Of a stretch of 64,000 bases of DNA, positions 29,275 to 37,921 are shown in pieces. The stretch comes from an uncultured bacterium (GTDB lineage Bacteria > Armatimonadota > UBA5829). Each line of letters starts with the position of its first letter. Position 1 is the first letter of the stretch. Where the stretch lies: contig CAZBSI010000002.1 of assembly GCA_964494345.1 (NCBI GenBank), positions 113,830 through 177,829 on the forward strand, given 5' to 3'. The translations under genes and the position numbers were made by a program. The notes beneath the pieces were generated by a model. It was not told where the DNA came from. It saw only the letters and a list, made by a program, of their open reading frames with translations, and ran no database searches.

Positions 29275-30021
29275 TTGCGCTTTTATCGGACACTACGCAC
29301 ATCTACCCTCATAGTGCTGAGCCTCGCCCTGCTTTCGCCAATTATCAGCGGACAGGGTTTATCAAGTTTCAAAATCGAGGGAGTTCCGCGAATCAAACAA
29401 ATGCAGAATTATTGCGGCCCAGCCACAATGTCCTCGATATTTTGTTATCTGGGAGAAAATATCACCCAGGAAGAGATCGGCAAGACGATATATGATCCCG
29501 TCGGTGGGGCGACCCACGGCGCCGATATGCTCTATTATGCCAAAAACAAAGGCTACTGCGCCTATTCATTCAACTCCGGCATAGCTGACGCCAAACGCAA
29601 GCTGGTATCAGGCACGCCGCTGCTTGTTTTGCAACAAAACAGCAATCGCGACCATTCCGGGCACTTCCGAGTGCTCACCGGCTACGACGATGCAGCCGAA
29701 AAGTTCTACGTAACCGACCCCTACTACGACGATATCACAGAGATGACTTATGCGCAGTGTGAAAAGTTGTGGAAGCCGATGGGGTATTGGGCGATGATTA
29801 TTGTGCCGGCGGATAAAGATGACTTCAAAACCGAGCTCGGTGCAAAAAATCCGGTCTTTCACATGGACCTTTCCTATGCTCTATATAAGCACGGGCAATA
29901 TACGGACGCGCTGAAGGAGATCAATGCCGCGCTATCTCTGGAGCCGTCCAACAAATATGCATTGTCGATGCTCTCCAAGATAAACGGGGCCATCGGAGCC
30001 GGCAAAAAGAGCAAATCCTGA
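29275..30021 (+). CDS. secreted C39-like cysteine peptidase domain protein with C-terminal TPR-like region
   Basis: Signal peptide. QNYCGPATMSSIF (catalytic Cys) and SGHFRVLTGYD (His) are characteristic of Peptidase_C39-like domains. TTG start. Confidence 0.6.
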   Translation: MRFYRTLRTSTLIVLSLALLSPIISGQGLSSFKIEGVPRIKQMQNYCGPATMSSIFCYLGENITQEEIGKTIYDPVGGATHGADMLYYAKNKGYCAYSFNSGIADAKRKLVSGTPLLVLQQNSNRDHSGHFRVLTGYDDAAEKFYVTDPYYDDITEMTYAQCEKLWKPMGYWAMIIVPADKDDFKTELGAKNPVFHMDLSYALYKHGQYTDALKEINAALSLEPSNKYALSMLSKINGAIGAGKKSKS

Positions 30022-30023
30022 GC

Positions 30024-32150
30024 CTACCGCACTTTAGAAGCCTGGGCCGTCGCTTTGGCGGCCTCGGCTTTGTTTCCGGCCGCAGAATAGGCGGCGCTCA
30101 GACCCGTGTAGCAGCCCTTGAACAGTTGCAGCATATCCTCGGCGTCGCTTTTGGTGACTAGTCCGATTCTTCTCTGCACTTCCCGCATATCCCCGGATGA
30201 TCTCCATCGCTCCAGTCGATTGATTGCTGCGCGATACTCCCGAATTGCGGCGCTGTAGTAGCGTCGTGCGAGGTATTTGTCGGCGAAGTGGGCGTGAGCA
30301 AAGGCGTAGGTGCCGTCGACGATCTCCGGAGTCCCTTTGATATTCTCATAATCTGAGCTTTCAATTGCCATCAACCGTCGCAACACGGACTCGAAGTTTT
30401 CGGTGTCATCGGTGTCTCTGTAAATTAGAGCGAGTTTATATAGAGTGCGCGTTGAGTTAGGGTGATATTTCAGAGCCTGTTTGAAACTCGATATAGCCAA
30501 CGGCAGGTCGTGGTGATTCTCCGCAATCACACCTTTCGCAAACCACCCGCCTTCAGAGGTGCGCCGAGCCAGTTTAATCGCCATATCCGCCTGCTCATAC
30601 GCAGCATCGTCGGAAATAGCCTGTGTCGAAAGCCAGGTGGCCAATTGCCGCCGATAGGTGGGCATCAGAGGAGATGCAGAGACGGCTTTTTTATAGAGGT
30701 CGATGATCCGCAGAGCATTGTCGGGGTTCCTCGCGTATACGGCCTCGGCTTTAGTCGCGTAGAAATCACCCAGGCCAAATGAAACCGTCATAGCCATCAA
30801 CACAACGCACGCAGCGCCTGCGACTGCGCGGCCAACAGGGGCTAACTTCACCTTTTTATCAGCCGCACCGGATCGTGAGACCAATACCCCCGCCACCACC
30901 CAAAACGGTATCGCTATTCCAGAGACATACCAATCTGAATCGACCAGGCTTCTTATCGCCGAGCCGAACAGAGCCGCAAACAGGGCGCAATCCAGCAGCC
31001 TCCAGCCGCTGTACGGCAAAATATCCGTCCACGTGACCGACCCGAATGCACATTCGTCGGCTGCTTCTTTGACAGGCTCTGATCGCCTGCCGACGCTATG
31101 AATAGTCCCCAGAACGGCGGAGCGGGCTATGGCCAGCAGCAACAACATAAAAGCAGCAGCAGCCGGTATTCCGCACTCAGCCGCGAGCTGCAAATATGAG
31201 TCGTGCGCCATTCGCGTCGGGCCAGCTATGGTGTACTGTTGATAAGTCACAGGATAAGTCCCCGGCCCCGTGCCGAGCCAGGGCTGCGCCCGAATCATGT
31301 CCAAAGTCGCCTGCCAGGTGTAGGCTCGAAACACAGTTGAATGAACCTGTGTGCCGCCGGACTCCGCAGCCTGTATCCTGGATTTAACCGGGGCTGAAAA
31401 GAAAACCAGCAGTGGGGTCAATACCGCACACAGCACAAGCAATCTAAGAAATCGGGATCGTCGCAACGCCTTTGTAACGATGGCCAGCAAAAAGAACAAC
31501 CCAAGCGACATCACCGCGGCGATAATACCGAACTTGGCCCCAGTCAACATCAGCGCCAGCGTCTGCACCACAAAAGCAAAGCCCGCCAGCAATACTAACA
31601 GGCTGCGCCGTGTCACCAGAAAGATTCCCAACGTCACCGGAAGCGTAATGACCAGATAGCCTGCAAAGAAGCTGGGGTTCAAAAAAGGCCCAAACAGCCT
31701 GCCGTGTTCACCGCGCCCCATCAGAGACTGCCAGAAGTGTATGCCCCCGCCGGTGTCCAGAGCGTAGTCTCTGACCCCCATCGCGCTGATAATCAAGGCC
31801 GAAAGCAGCAAAACCCAGACGGTCGCTGTCGCCATTTTCCGGTCCTCGCTCAATGAAGAAGCCAGAAGATAAACGCCCAAACAAGCCGCGAAGAATACCA
31901 TTTGATTCAGGCTGAAGAAAATAGCGCGGCTGAAACAAGTGGAGATAATATAAAACAGAAGAAAAGCAGCAGCAAACCACAGCCCCGGCACCCGTTGCCA
32001 GGTTCCGGATTTGTCTTTTGTCAGCAACAGGCGACAACAGACCCCGCCCAGGATAATCAGGTACAAAAACCCGTTAGTGAGCGTGCCAAGTTTGCCACCG
32101 ATTACCGGAGCAAGCACAATCGCTAATAAAAGCAGCACGGAGCCTTCCAC
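30024..32150 (-). CDS. O-antigen ligase (Wzy_C) family membrane protein with C-terminal TPR domain
   Basis: ~10 TM helices. Central Wzy_C-like region (MAHDSYLQLAAECGIPAAAAFMLLL). C-terminal ~250 aa TPR-like repeats. Located immediately downstream of the minor pilin genes. Confidence 0.7.
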   Translation of the reverse strand: MEGSVLLLLAIVLAPVIGGKLGTLTNGFLYLIILGGVCCRLLLTKDKSGTWQRVPGLWFAAAFLLFYIISTCFSRAIFFSLNQMVFFAACLGVYLLASSLSEDRKMATATVWVLLLSALIISAMGVRDYALDTGGGIHFWQSLMGRGEHGRLFGPFLNPSFFAGYLVITLPVTLGIFLVTRRSLLVLLAGFAFVVQTLALMLTGAKFGIIAAVMSLGLFFLLAIVTKALRRSRFLRLLVLCAVLTPLLVFFSAPVKSRIQAAESGGTQVHSTVFRAYTWQATLDMIRAQPWLGTGPGTYPVTYQQYTIAGPTRMAHDSYLQLAAECGIPAAAAFMLLLLAIARSAVLGTIHSVGRRSEPVKEAADECAFGSVTWTDILPYSGWRLLDCALFAALFGSAIRSLVDSDWYVSGIAIPFWVVAGVLVSRSGAADKKVKLAPVGRAVAGAACVVLMAMTVSFGLGDFYATKAEAVYARNPDNALRIIDLYKKAVSASPLMPTYRRQLATWLSTQAISDDAAYEQADMAIKLARRTSEGGWFAKGVIAENHHDLPLAISSFKQALKYHPNSTRTLYKLALIYRDTDDTENFESVLRRLMAIESSDYENIKGTPEIVDGTYAFAHAHFADKYLARRYYSAAIREYRAAINRLERWRSSGDMREVQRRIGLVTKSDAEDMLQLFKGCYTGLSAAYSAAGNKAEAAKATAQASKVR

Positions 32151-32242
32151 CAGCCACCATCCCTGCTATCGTTGCATTGGATAAACGATACGCCGGAAGC
32201 GCCACCGTGTCAAGCGAGTGTCCGAACGATAGGAGTTATACC

Positions 32243-33841
32243 TTAGTCCGTCAGCACCTTCCATGAGAGCCTGTCGTATTGCCCGGTGGTCGGATAAAAC
32301 GGCGGCGGAGCTACGGCTAACCTGGGGTCGTAGTTGTAGTCTTTGGCATAACCGGTTTTGATCGTGCCTCCGCTTATGGTTCCGACCGCGCCACGGGTGC
32401 TTTGGATCAGCCCTCCGATAACCTTTAGAGCGCCCGTATTGCCCTGATTATAGTTGTTTACGGAGATGCTGCCGTTAACGCTGCTGCTGCCGGCCAGCAA
32501 AACAGCGTCAATTTCACGGTCGGGGTGGTTATGCTTTAAGGTCCCGTCATCTGCGATATAGATATCCTGCGCAACAAGGCCGAGCGTACCGGCAGCCAGG
32601 TTAGTCTCGTGAGTAGATGGCAGTTGCTTATTTGGACGGGTTTTATAGACCAGATCATTCGTAATGGTGATATTCTTTTTGGCCACGGTATCGGTGGCTA
32701 TCGTCCAAGCTGAGCGACGGGTGATTTTACCGGCGGAATATGAATTATCCGCGATTGTGCCGCTAAGCGATGTTATGTCACCGGTGCAGTAGATTACCCC
32801 GTTTGAAAACGAGTTGGCCGAGGTCGGACTGCCCTGACCCATCGCCGTTCCAGACGCTGTTGTGGTCCCACTCGATTTGTTAAATATGACCGTTGCAGAT
32901 TTTTGATACGCACCGGTGCCCTGGGTTATAGTAGCTACTTGATTCCCGCTTGCATCGACCGACATCGTTATCGCTGCGTCGCCTCGTATATATATCCCAC
33001 CCGTATCGGCGCCATCGACTTTGTTGGCTTTTAAATAGACTCCGTCGGTAGTCGGAAAGCCGGTGTCGCTGCCCCAGGCCGCCTTTTTTTGGTCTTCGGT
33101 GGACGGCGGCAGGTTGATTTTTTGAATGCCGAGCAGATATCCCCTGCTTCCGTTGAGAAATACCTTCTGGTAATCGGTCTCGTTGGCGGGCCTGCGTGGG
33201 TTATAGTTGATCGTAGTGCCGGACGCCGTGACCTGATCCAAAAATATCGGCCTTCGGGTGCTCGACCACCCGCCGTAGTCTATATTGAAGTTAGTGCCTC
33301 CGGTGTTGTTGCTGTGAACAGGCCCATCGACCCTGTCGTTGGAAGCCCACCAAATCACGCTGCCGGAGGTTGAGGTTTCGCGATCTGTAAAATACGCATA
33401 TTTGCCGAAAGTGGACTGTCTGACCACAACTTGCACACGCCTGGTATGGCCGGACACGGTGCCGGTGGATATTATCTCATATTTCTTTAAAAACACCCTG
33501 CCATTATCCGGGTCGCAGATTATATTTACCGTCCACGCGCCGGCAGGGGACGCGCCGATTTGAGCGGTTATGTTTTGATCCGAAGTCGGCGGCAGGGCCT
33601 GATCGCGCAGCCAAAGCACCCCTCTCTCCGCCCCGGATTCCGCCACCTGCAAAGCCGATGATCTAAGCTGCTGGCGGTTGTTAGAGCGAATGGCGGCGCT
33701 GGTCATACCCAAAAGGATCACCGACAAGCCGATTATCACAAATGCAGCTCCGGCCACCGCTAAAAGCAGCGAGCCTCGCTTATTACGAGCAAGCGTCATA
33801 TTCGATATTGGTGATTTATATTTGTTTACAACCGGAGGCAT
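32243..33841 (-). CDS. large PilX-like type IV pilus minor pilin/tip-associated protein
   Basis: N-terminal hydrophobic helix after KRG (MTLARNKRGSLLLAVAGAAFVIIGLSVILL), then a Thr/Ser/Gly-rich beta-rich region. Start ATG 33841 with AAGGTG RBS overlapping the upstream stop. Confidence 0.5.
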   Translation of the reverse strand: MPPVVNKYKSPISNMTLARNKRGSLLLAVAGAAFVIIGLSVILLGMTSAAIRSNNRQQLRSSALQVAESGAERGVLWLRDQALPPTSDQNITAQIGASPAGAWTVNIICDPDNGRVFLKKYEIISTGTVSGHTRRVQVVVRQSTFGKYAYFTDRETSTSGSVIWWASNDRVDGPVHSNNTGGTNFNIDYGGWSSTRRPIFLDQVTASGTTINYNPRRPANETDYQKVFLNGSRGYLLGIQKINLPPSTEDQKKAAWGSDTGFPTTDGVYLKANKVDGADTGGIYIRGDAAITMSVDASGNQVATITQGTGAYQKSATVIFNKSSGTTTASGTAMGQGSPTSANSFSNGVIYCTGDITSLSGTIADNSYSAGKITRRSAWTIATDTVAKKNITITNDLVYKTRPNKQLPSTHETNLAAGTLGLVAQDIYIADDGTLKHNHPDREIDAVLLAGSSSVNGSISVNNYNQGNTGALKVIGGLIQSTRGAVGTISGGTIKTGYAKDYNYDPRLAVAPPPFYPTTGQYDRLSWKVLTD

Positions 33842-33850
33842 ACCGACACC

Positions 33851-34450
33851 TTAATGATTATAATAGTTGCGCATATAGATGACGCGCTGGGTCAGGGTGG
33901 TCTCTTTTTTGCCGGAATCGCTTGCTTTATATTTCAACACCGATTCGCGAGTGGTGATCGTAATCTGGACAGCATCAGCCCCCAGTTCCGAATTGACCTC
34001 GAATAGCAGCGAGGAGACGTCTTTTCTAATGGGCAGCAGTTTGCCCTTCCAACTCCACCACAACCATGTCCCATTTTTGCCGACTATCCCGGATTGGTCC
34101 GACGTGTAGAAATACATCGGATTCTGGGTATCCGATTCGGTGCGGTCGTAATGACCGTCCACGGTTTCAGGCAAGATCACGCACAATCTGCGTCCGCTAT
34201 ATGGGCCGCTGTCGTAGATTGTGATCTTTTGGGCCTCTCGCACCCACAGCACCATAAACTGCAGCGCCGAAGAGGCGTTGGTGTCGCTGCTGACCTGCGC
34301 CAGATCATCGTCCACTGCACGCATCGCAGCGATAAGCATGCTCACCGTGCAAACCAGCAGCAGAGCCATTATTCCTGTCGCCGCCAGCACCTCAATTACG
34401 GTGAACCCTCGGCGATTCAAAACACGTTTTTGGGTGATGTTAACTCGCAT
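33851..34450 (-). CDS. prepilin-type N-terminal cleavage/methylation domain pseudopilin (PilW-like)
   Basis: Leader MRVNITQKRVLNRRG|FTVIEVLAA. The G-F-T-x-x-E prepilin signature is present. Start chosen at ATG 34450 rather than the ORF-track 34486. Confidence 0.7.
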   Translation of the reverse strand: MRVNITQKRVLNRRGFTVIEVLAATGIMALLLVCTVSMLIAAMRAVDDDLAQVSSDTNASSALQFMVLWVREAQKITIYDSGPYSGRRLCVILPETVDGHYDRTESDTQNPMYFYTSDQSGIVGKNGTWLWWSWKGKLLPIRKDVSSLLFEVNSELGADAVQITITTRESVLKYKASDSGKKETTLTQRVIYMRNYYNH

Positions 34451-34934
34451 TGGATATATAGGCAACCTGTTCAACTTTGCTGTCACCGGCCCGCCTGGGC
34501 GATGAACGCCAGGTGATGGTGACGGTGATCTTCTTCATTCTCGTGTCTGTGGGGTGATTCTCAATTTTCAGGGTTGCTGTCGGCGGCTGGCCGACGCTCG
34601 CGCCAGGCAGATAATCCGCAACCCCATCCACACTGACGAAACTGTAGGGAGATGAGGTCGGCGAGCTATCGATAAAGCCTCCCTCTTGCAGTTCGGAATA
34701 GGTCAAACGGCCCCATTCGATAGCCCTGAGCTGGTCGATTTTGTGCTGCGCCAGGCTAATGGCCTGCGCATACTCTCCGTTGATCTTGGCTGCGGATTTG
34801 CCGACTATTAACGATGACGAAAAAACGACCACCAATAGCGAAAACACGAAAAGCGATATCATCACTTCCATCAAAGTGAGGCCGCTTTTAAGCCGCCGGC
34901 GCCCAATTAAAATGCTCGGTCTGGTCTTGTCCAT
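34440..34934 (-). CDS. prepilin-type pseudopilin (PilV/GspI-like)
   Basis: KSG|LTLMEVMISLFVF prepilin cleavage/methylation motif. RBS GGGAGTGA. Confidence 0.7.
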   Translation of the reverse strand: MDKTRPSILIGRRRLKSGLTLMEVMISLFVFSLLVVVFSSSLIVGKSAAKINGEYAQAISLAQHKIDQLRAIEWGRLTYSELQEGGFIDSSPTSSPYSFVSVDGVADYLPGASVGQPPTATLKIENHPTDTRMKKITVTITWRSSPRRAGDSKVEQVAYISNAS

Positions 34935-35046
34935 TGATAACGGTCACTCCCTAAGATATTATCAGTAAACACGACACCGAAGATTAGGTCATCGACGAAA
35001 AACCGTCATATCTACCTATCACAACTGTTTCCAATACGATTCACCC

Positions 35047-35075
35047 TTGACATCTGGCGCGGCTTGAAGTATAAT
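35047..35075 (+). promoter_or_regulatory. consensus sigma70 promoter for carD/cdnL
   Basis: TTGACA (35047-35052), 17-nt spacer, TATAAT (35070-35075). A leader hairpin at 35090-35109 abuts the RBS. Confidence 0.7.
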
Positions 35076-35128
35076 ATTTCCATCGTACGCGAGACCAGAG
35101 CTGGTCTCGGAAGGGGGACTGTTTCCTT

Positions 35129-35614
35129 ATGGAAATTGGTGACACAGTCTTACACCCGCGTTACGGCGTCGGCGTAATCGACCACATCGAGACACGCGAC
35201 CAGGATGGTACGGTTCGAGAATTCTATGTAATTCCAAAACCGTCCATCGCCTCAACAATCCTGGTCCCGGTAGACGCCGCCGACGAGTTGGGTTTAAGAC
35301 CAATCTCTTCCGCTGACAAACTCAACAAAGCCATTAAAATCCTCTCCGGCGAGACCGATGAAGGTCATATCACCTGTGCGTTGCGCAACGTGACTTGGAA
35401 CGATCCTCTCGCGCTTGCGCGTGCAATCCGCACCAAAGCCACCGAACCCAAGCCGCGATACCCTAAAGTGAGTGAGCTGCACCAGCTTAAAAGAGCTAAG
35501 AGCCTGCTTGCTGAGGAGATGTCTGCTGTTTTGGGGATTCCTGAGGATGAAGTGGCTGCACTTATCGACTGCAAGGATGCAGACCCCGATACAGCGGCGG
35601 CAGGTCAGGCTTAG
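35129..35614 (+). CDS. cdnL: CarD/CdnL family RNA polymerase-binding transcription factor
   Basis: N-terminal GDTVLHPRYGVGVIDHIE is the CarD_CdnL_TRCF RNAP-interacting domain. Length 161 aa. Confidence 0.85.
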   Translation: MEIGDTVLHPRYGVGVIDHIETRDQDGTVREFYVIPKPSIASTILVPVDAADELGLRPISSADKLNKAIKILSGETDEGHITCALRNVTWNDPLALARAIRTKATEPKPRYPKVSELHQLKRAKSLLAEEMSAVLGIPEDEVAALIDCKDADPDTAAAGQA

Positions 35615-35724
35615 CCTGTCAAAGGGTCTTCTTACCACGGATGACTCTCAGATGTGTGCTTCGGCATGCGTAACATGCCGAAGCTTGCACATAGTCAACT
35701 TGTGTTTAGCTGCTCGTTATTTGT

Positions 35725-36192
35725 TTACGCCACGGAGATGATTTTATATCGCAACCGGCCGACCGGAACCTCGATGATGACGGTTTCTCCCATCTTTTTG
35801 CCTAACAACGCCTCACCCACGCACGACTCATGAGATATCTGGCCCTCGGCGGGGTTAGACTCGGCGGCGCCGACTATCGTATACTCTTCCTGGCTGCCGT
35901 CATCAAGGTCTTTAATCTTTACAGTCGAGCCGACGCCAACCGACCCATCCGCCGACGCGTCGACAACACTGGCGTGCGAAAGGATCGCTTTAAGCTCGGT
36001 GATGCGCGATTCCAGAATCGCCTGGCCCCGCTTGGCATCCTCATAATCGAAGTTCTCGGTAAGATCCCCTAGCTGCCGGGCCTGACGGATCCTCTCGATG
36101 ATGGCAGGCCGCTTAACGGTTACCAGTTCGGCCAGCTCGTTGCGCATATCCTCAAAGCCCCGAGGCGTAAGGACAAATTCCATGTCGGACAT
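35725..36192 (-). CDS. greA: transcription elongation factor GreA
   Basis: 155 aa. LTPRGFEDMRNELAEL..RPAIIERIRQARQLGDLTENFDYEDAKRGQ coiled-coil region and C-terminal FKBP-like domain. Confidence 0.9.
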   Translation of the reverse strand: MSDMEFVLTPRGFEDMRNELAELVTVKRPAIIERIRQARQLGDLTENFDYEDAKRGQAILESRITELKAILSHASVVDASADGSVGVGSTVKIKDLDDGSQEEYTIVGAAESNPAEGQISHESCVGEALLGKKMGETVIIEVPVGRLRYKIISVA

Positions 36193-36623
36193 TTTTTAAT
36201 AACAGCTCCAATTTACAGTATTAGCAACAGCCCGGCTTAAGCGCTCCGGACAGTCACTACATCCATTCATCAACCAACAGATATCAAGCGCGCATTTTAC
36301 CATAAATCTTACGTTAATGGAAGAGCGTAAGTTCGAAAAATCAGAAAAATCGTATGGGCGGCGCTGGTTTATGTCGCTTTCAGGCTTGAGTAGATCGGTA
36401 CGTACGTGATATAAAAGTGACGTTCTCGCCCAGCTATGGCCAACGTTGGTTAATAAAATCATTCAATTGCAGCGTTATTGCATCCGGGCAAAAATATATC
36501 TTGACAACTGAGCGTTCATGAACTACACTGCGTGTGGTATTCGTGATATTGATAATTTGAGATAGAATATCTCTTCCGATATTTTTGCGAAGTGACTCGA
36601 GGAAGGAAAGAGGGGAGAGGAAA

Positions 36624-36660
36624 GTGGCCATAAGCATGCTTTTGGCCACTTTCCATTTCA
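36624..36660. terminator. strong hairpin terminator downstream of oxidoreductase gene (possibly bidirectional)
   Basis: GTGGCCA-TAAGCATGCTTT-TGGCCAC followed by TTTCCATTTCA on the plus strand and a pyrimidine-rich tract on the minus strand. It lies 22 nt past the stop of the minus-strand gene. Confidence 0.55.
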
Positions 36661-36671
36661 ACCCGAATTCA

Positions 36672-37919
36672 TTAGACCTGAGTGATCGACCTGCCGGCAG
36701 GATCGAATATCTGCTTTTTGCCCGAATCCTGCGCGCGAACGCCCATCACTACAGCCACTGAGTGCTCATAGCCGTTCATCACCGTCGCAACCGGCTGCTT
36801 GCCGGCTCGCACGGATTCCACCCAGTTGCGCATGTGATCCGGCATAGGCTCGGCAACAATGGTGACCTCGTCTGACATTCGAATATCCTTGCCACCACCA
36901 ACACCGCTGGCCTTCCACGTCGCACAATCCAACGTGCCTTTAGTGCCGTATATTTTGAACTCGCTGCCGGGAGAGTCGTTTCCGAAACCAGTTGTGTAGT
37001 TGAGGATAAAGCCTTCAGGATACTCAAAAAGAGCCTCGAACGTGTCCGGGTTCTCTCTGCCGTCTTTCCAGATGAGATTCTGGCCCATCGCCACACAGCT
37101 TCTGGGGAAAGTAGCGCCCATAACAAGGTTCACCGCATCGACCATATGGCTCATCCATTGACACGGAATGCCGGTGGAGTATGGTTTGAATATGCGCCAC
37201 TGCCGAAAGACCCTGGGGCTGAACGGCCTGTCCGACCTGCCCATCTGAAACTGTTTCCAGTCTACATCTTCGGCTTTAGCCGTGGAATGGTCGCGAATCC
37301 AGCGAGCGCCGTAGTAGTTCCAGGATACATTCACCCTGGCAATTGAGCCTAACGCACCGCTTTTAATGAACTCCGCCGCCGCGTGGTATTTGGGGTCGCT
37401 GCGCCGTTGAGTCCCTATCTGGACAATTATGTGTGGGTTGGCTTCGGCGGTTTTGATCAGGGCATTGGCATCTTCCAGCGTGTTTGCCGTCGGCTTCTCG
37501 CAGTAGGTGTGCTTGCCGGCCGATATCGCCTTACGGAGCATCTCGGCGTGCTGGAAATCGGCAGTGCCTATAATAACCGCGTCGATGTCACTGGCCGCCA
37601 GCATCTCTTCGTAGGTCGTGTAGACCTTCGGCTTCGCGCCATATAAATCAGTGATGCGCTGCACGGCCTTATCGCGATTGACAGTCCAAATATCGTTGAC
37701 CGCGACGATCTCGCAATTATGGCTGCCTTTAAGTGCGTGGAACTCCTTGATCAGCGAATCCATCCGCTCGCCGACCCCTATGACCCCGACTCGAAGCCGG
37801 TCATTGGCGCCCTGAGCGCGAGCCGGCGCCGGAATCCCCGCGCTTCCGATCGCAACTCCCGCTACTCCCACCATCGAGGCCGCAAGAAATTCCCGCCGGG
37901 TGATTTTCTTTATATTCAC
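36672..37919 (-). CDS. Gfo/Idh/MocA family oxidoreductase with twin-arginine signal peptide
   Basis: TRREFLAASMVGVAGVAIGSA Tat motif. Rossmann segment LRVGVIGVGERM. EKP motif (CEKP). Confidence 0.8.
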   Translation of the reverse strand: MNIKKITRREFLAASMVGVAGVAIGSAGIPAPARAQGANDRLRVGVIGVGERMDSLIKEFHALKGSHNCEIVAVNDIWTVNRDKAVQRITDLYGAKPKVYTTYEEMLAASDIDAVIIGTADFQHAEMLRKAISAGKHTYCEKPTANTLEDANALIKTAEANPHIIVQIGTQRRSDPKYHAAAEFIKSGALGSIARVNVSWNYYGARWIRDHSTAKAEDVDWKQFQMGRSDRPFSPRVFRQWRIFKPYSTGIPCQWMSHMVDAVNLVMGATFPRSCVAMGQNLIWKDGRENPDTFEALFEYPEGFILNYTTGFGNDSPGSEFKIYGTKGTLDCATWKASGVGGGKDIRMSDEVTIVAEPMPDHMRNWVESVRAGKQPVATVMNGYEHSVAVVMGVRAQDSGKKQIFDPAGRSITQV

Positions 37920-37921
37920 AA

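Noticed and set aside
35658-35684. Perfect 11-bp hairpin GCTTCGGCATG-cgtaa-CATGCCGAAGC between convergent carD and greA, considered as a terminator
   Set aside because: There is no U-tract on either strand. It may be a stability element or a Rho-dependent pause site. Not called as a terminator.
36196-36661. Small ORFs 36196-36462 and 36434-36661 (minus)
   Set aside because: They overlap the greA start and the intergenic hairpin, have no RBS, and show odd composition. The region is better explained as promoter, terminator and a possible sRNA.
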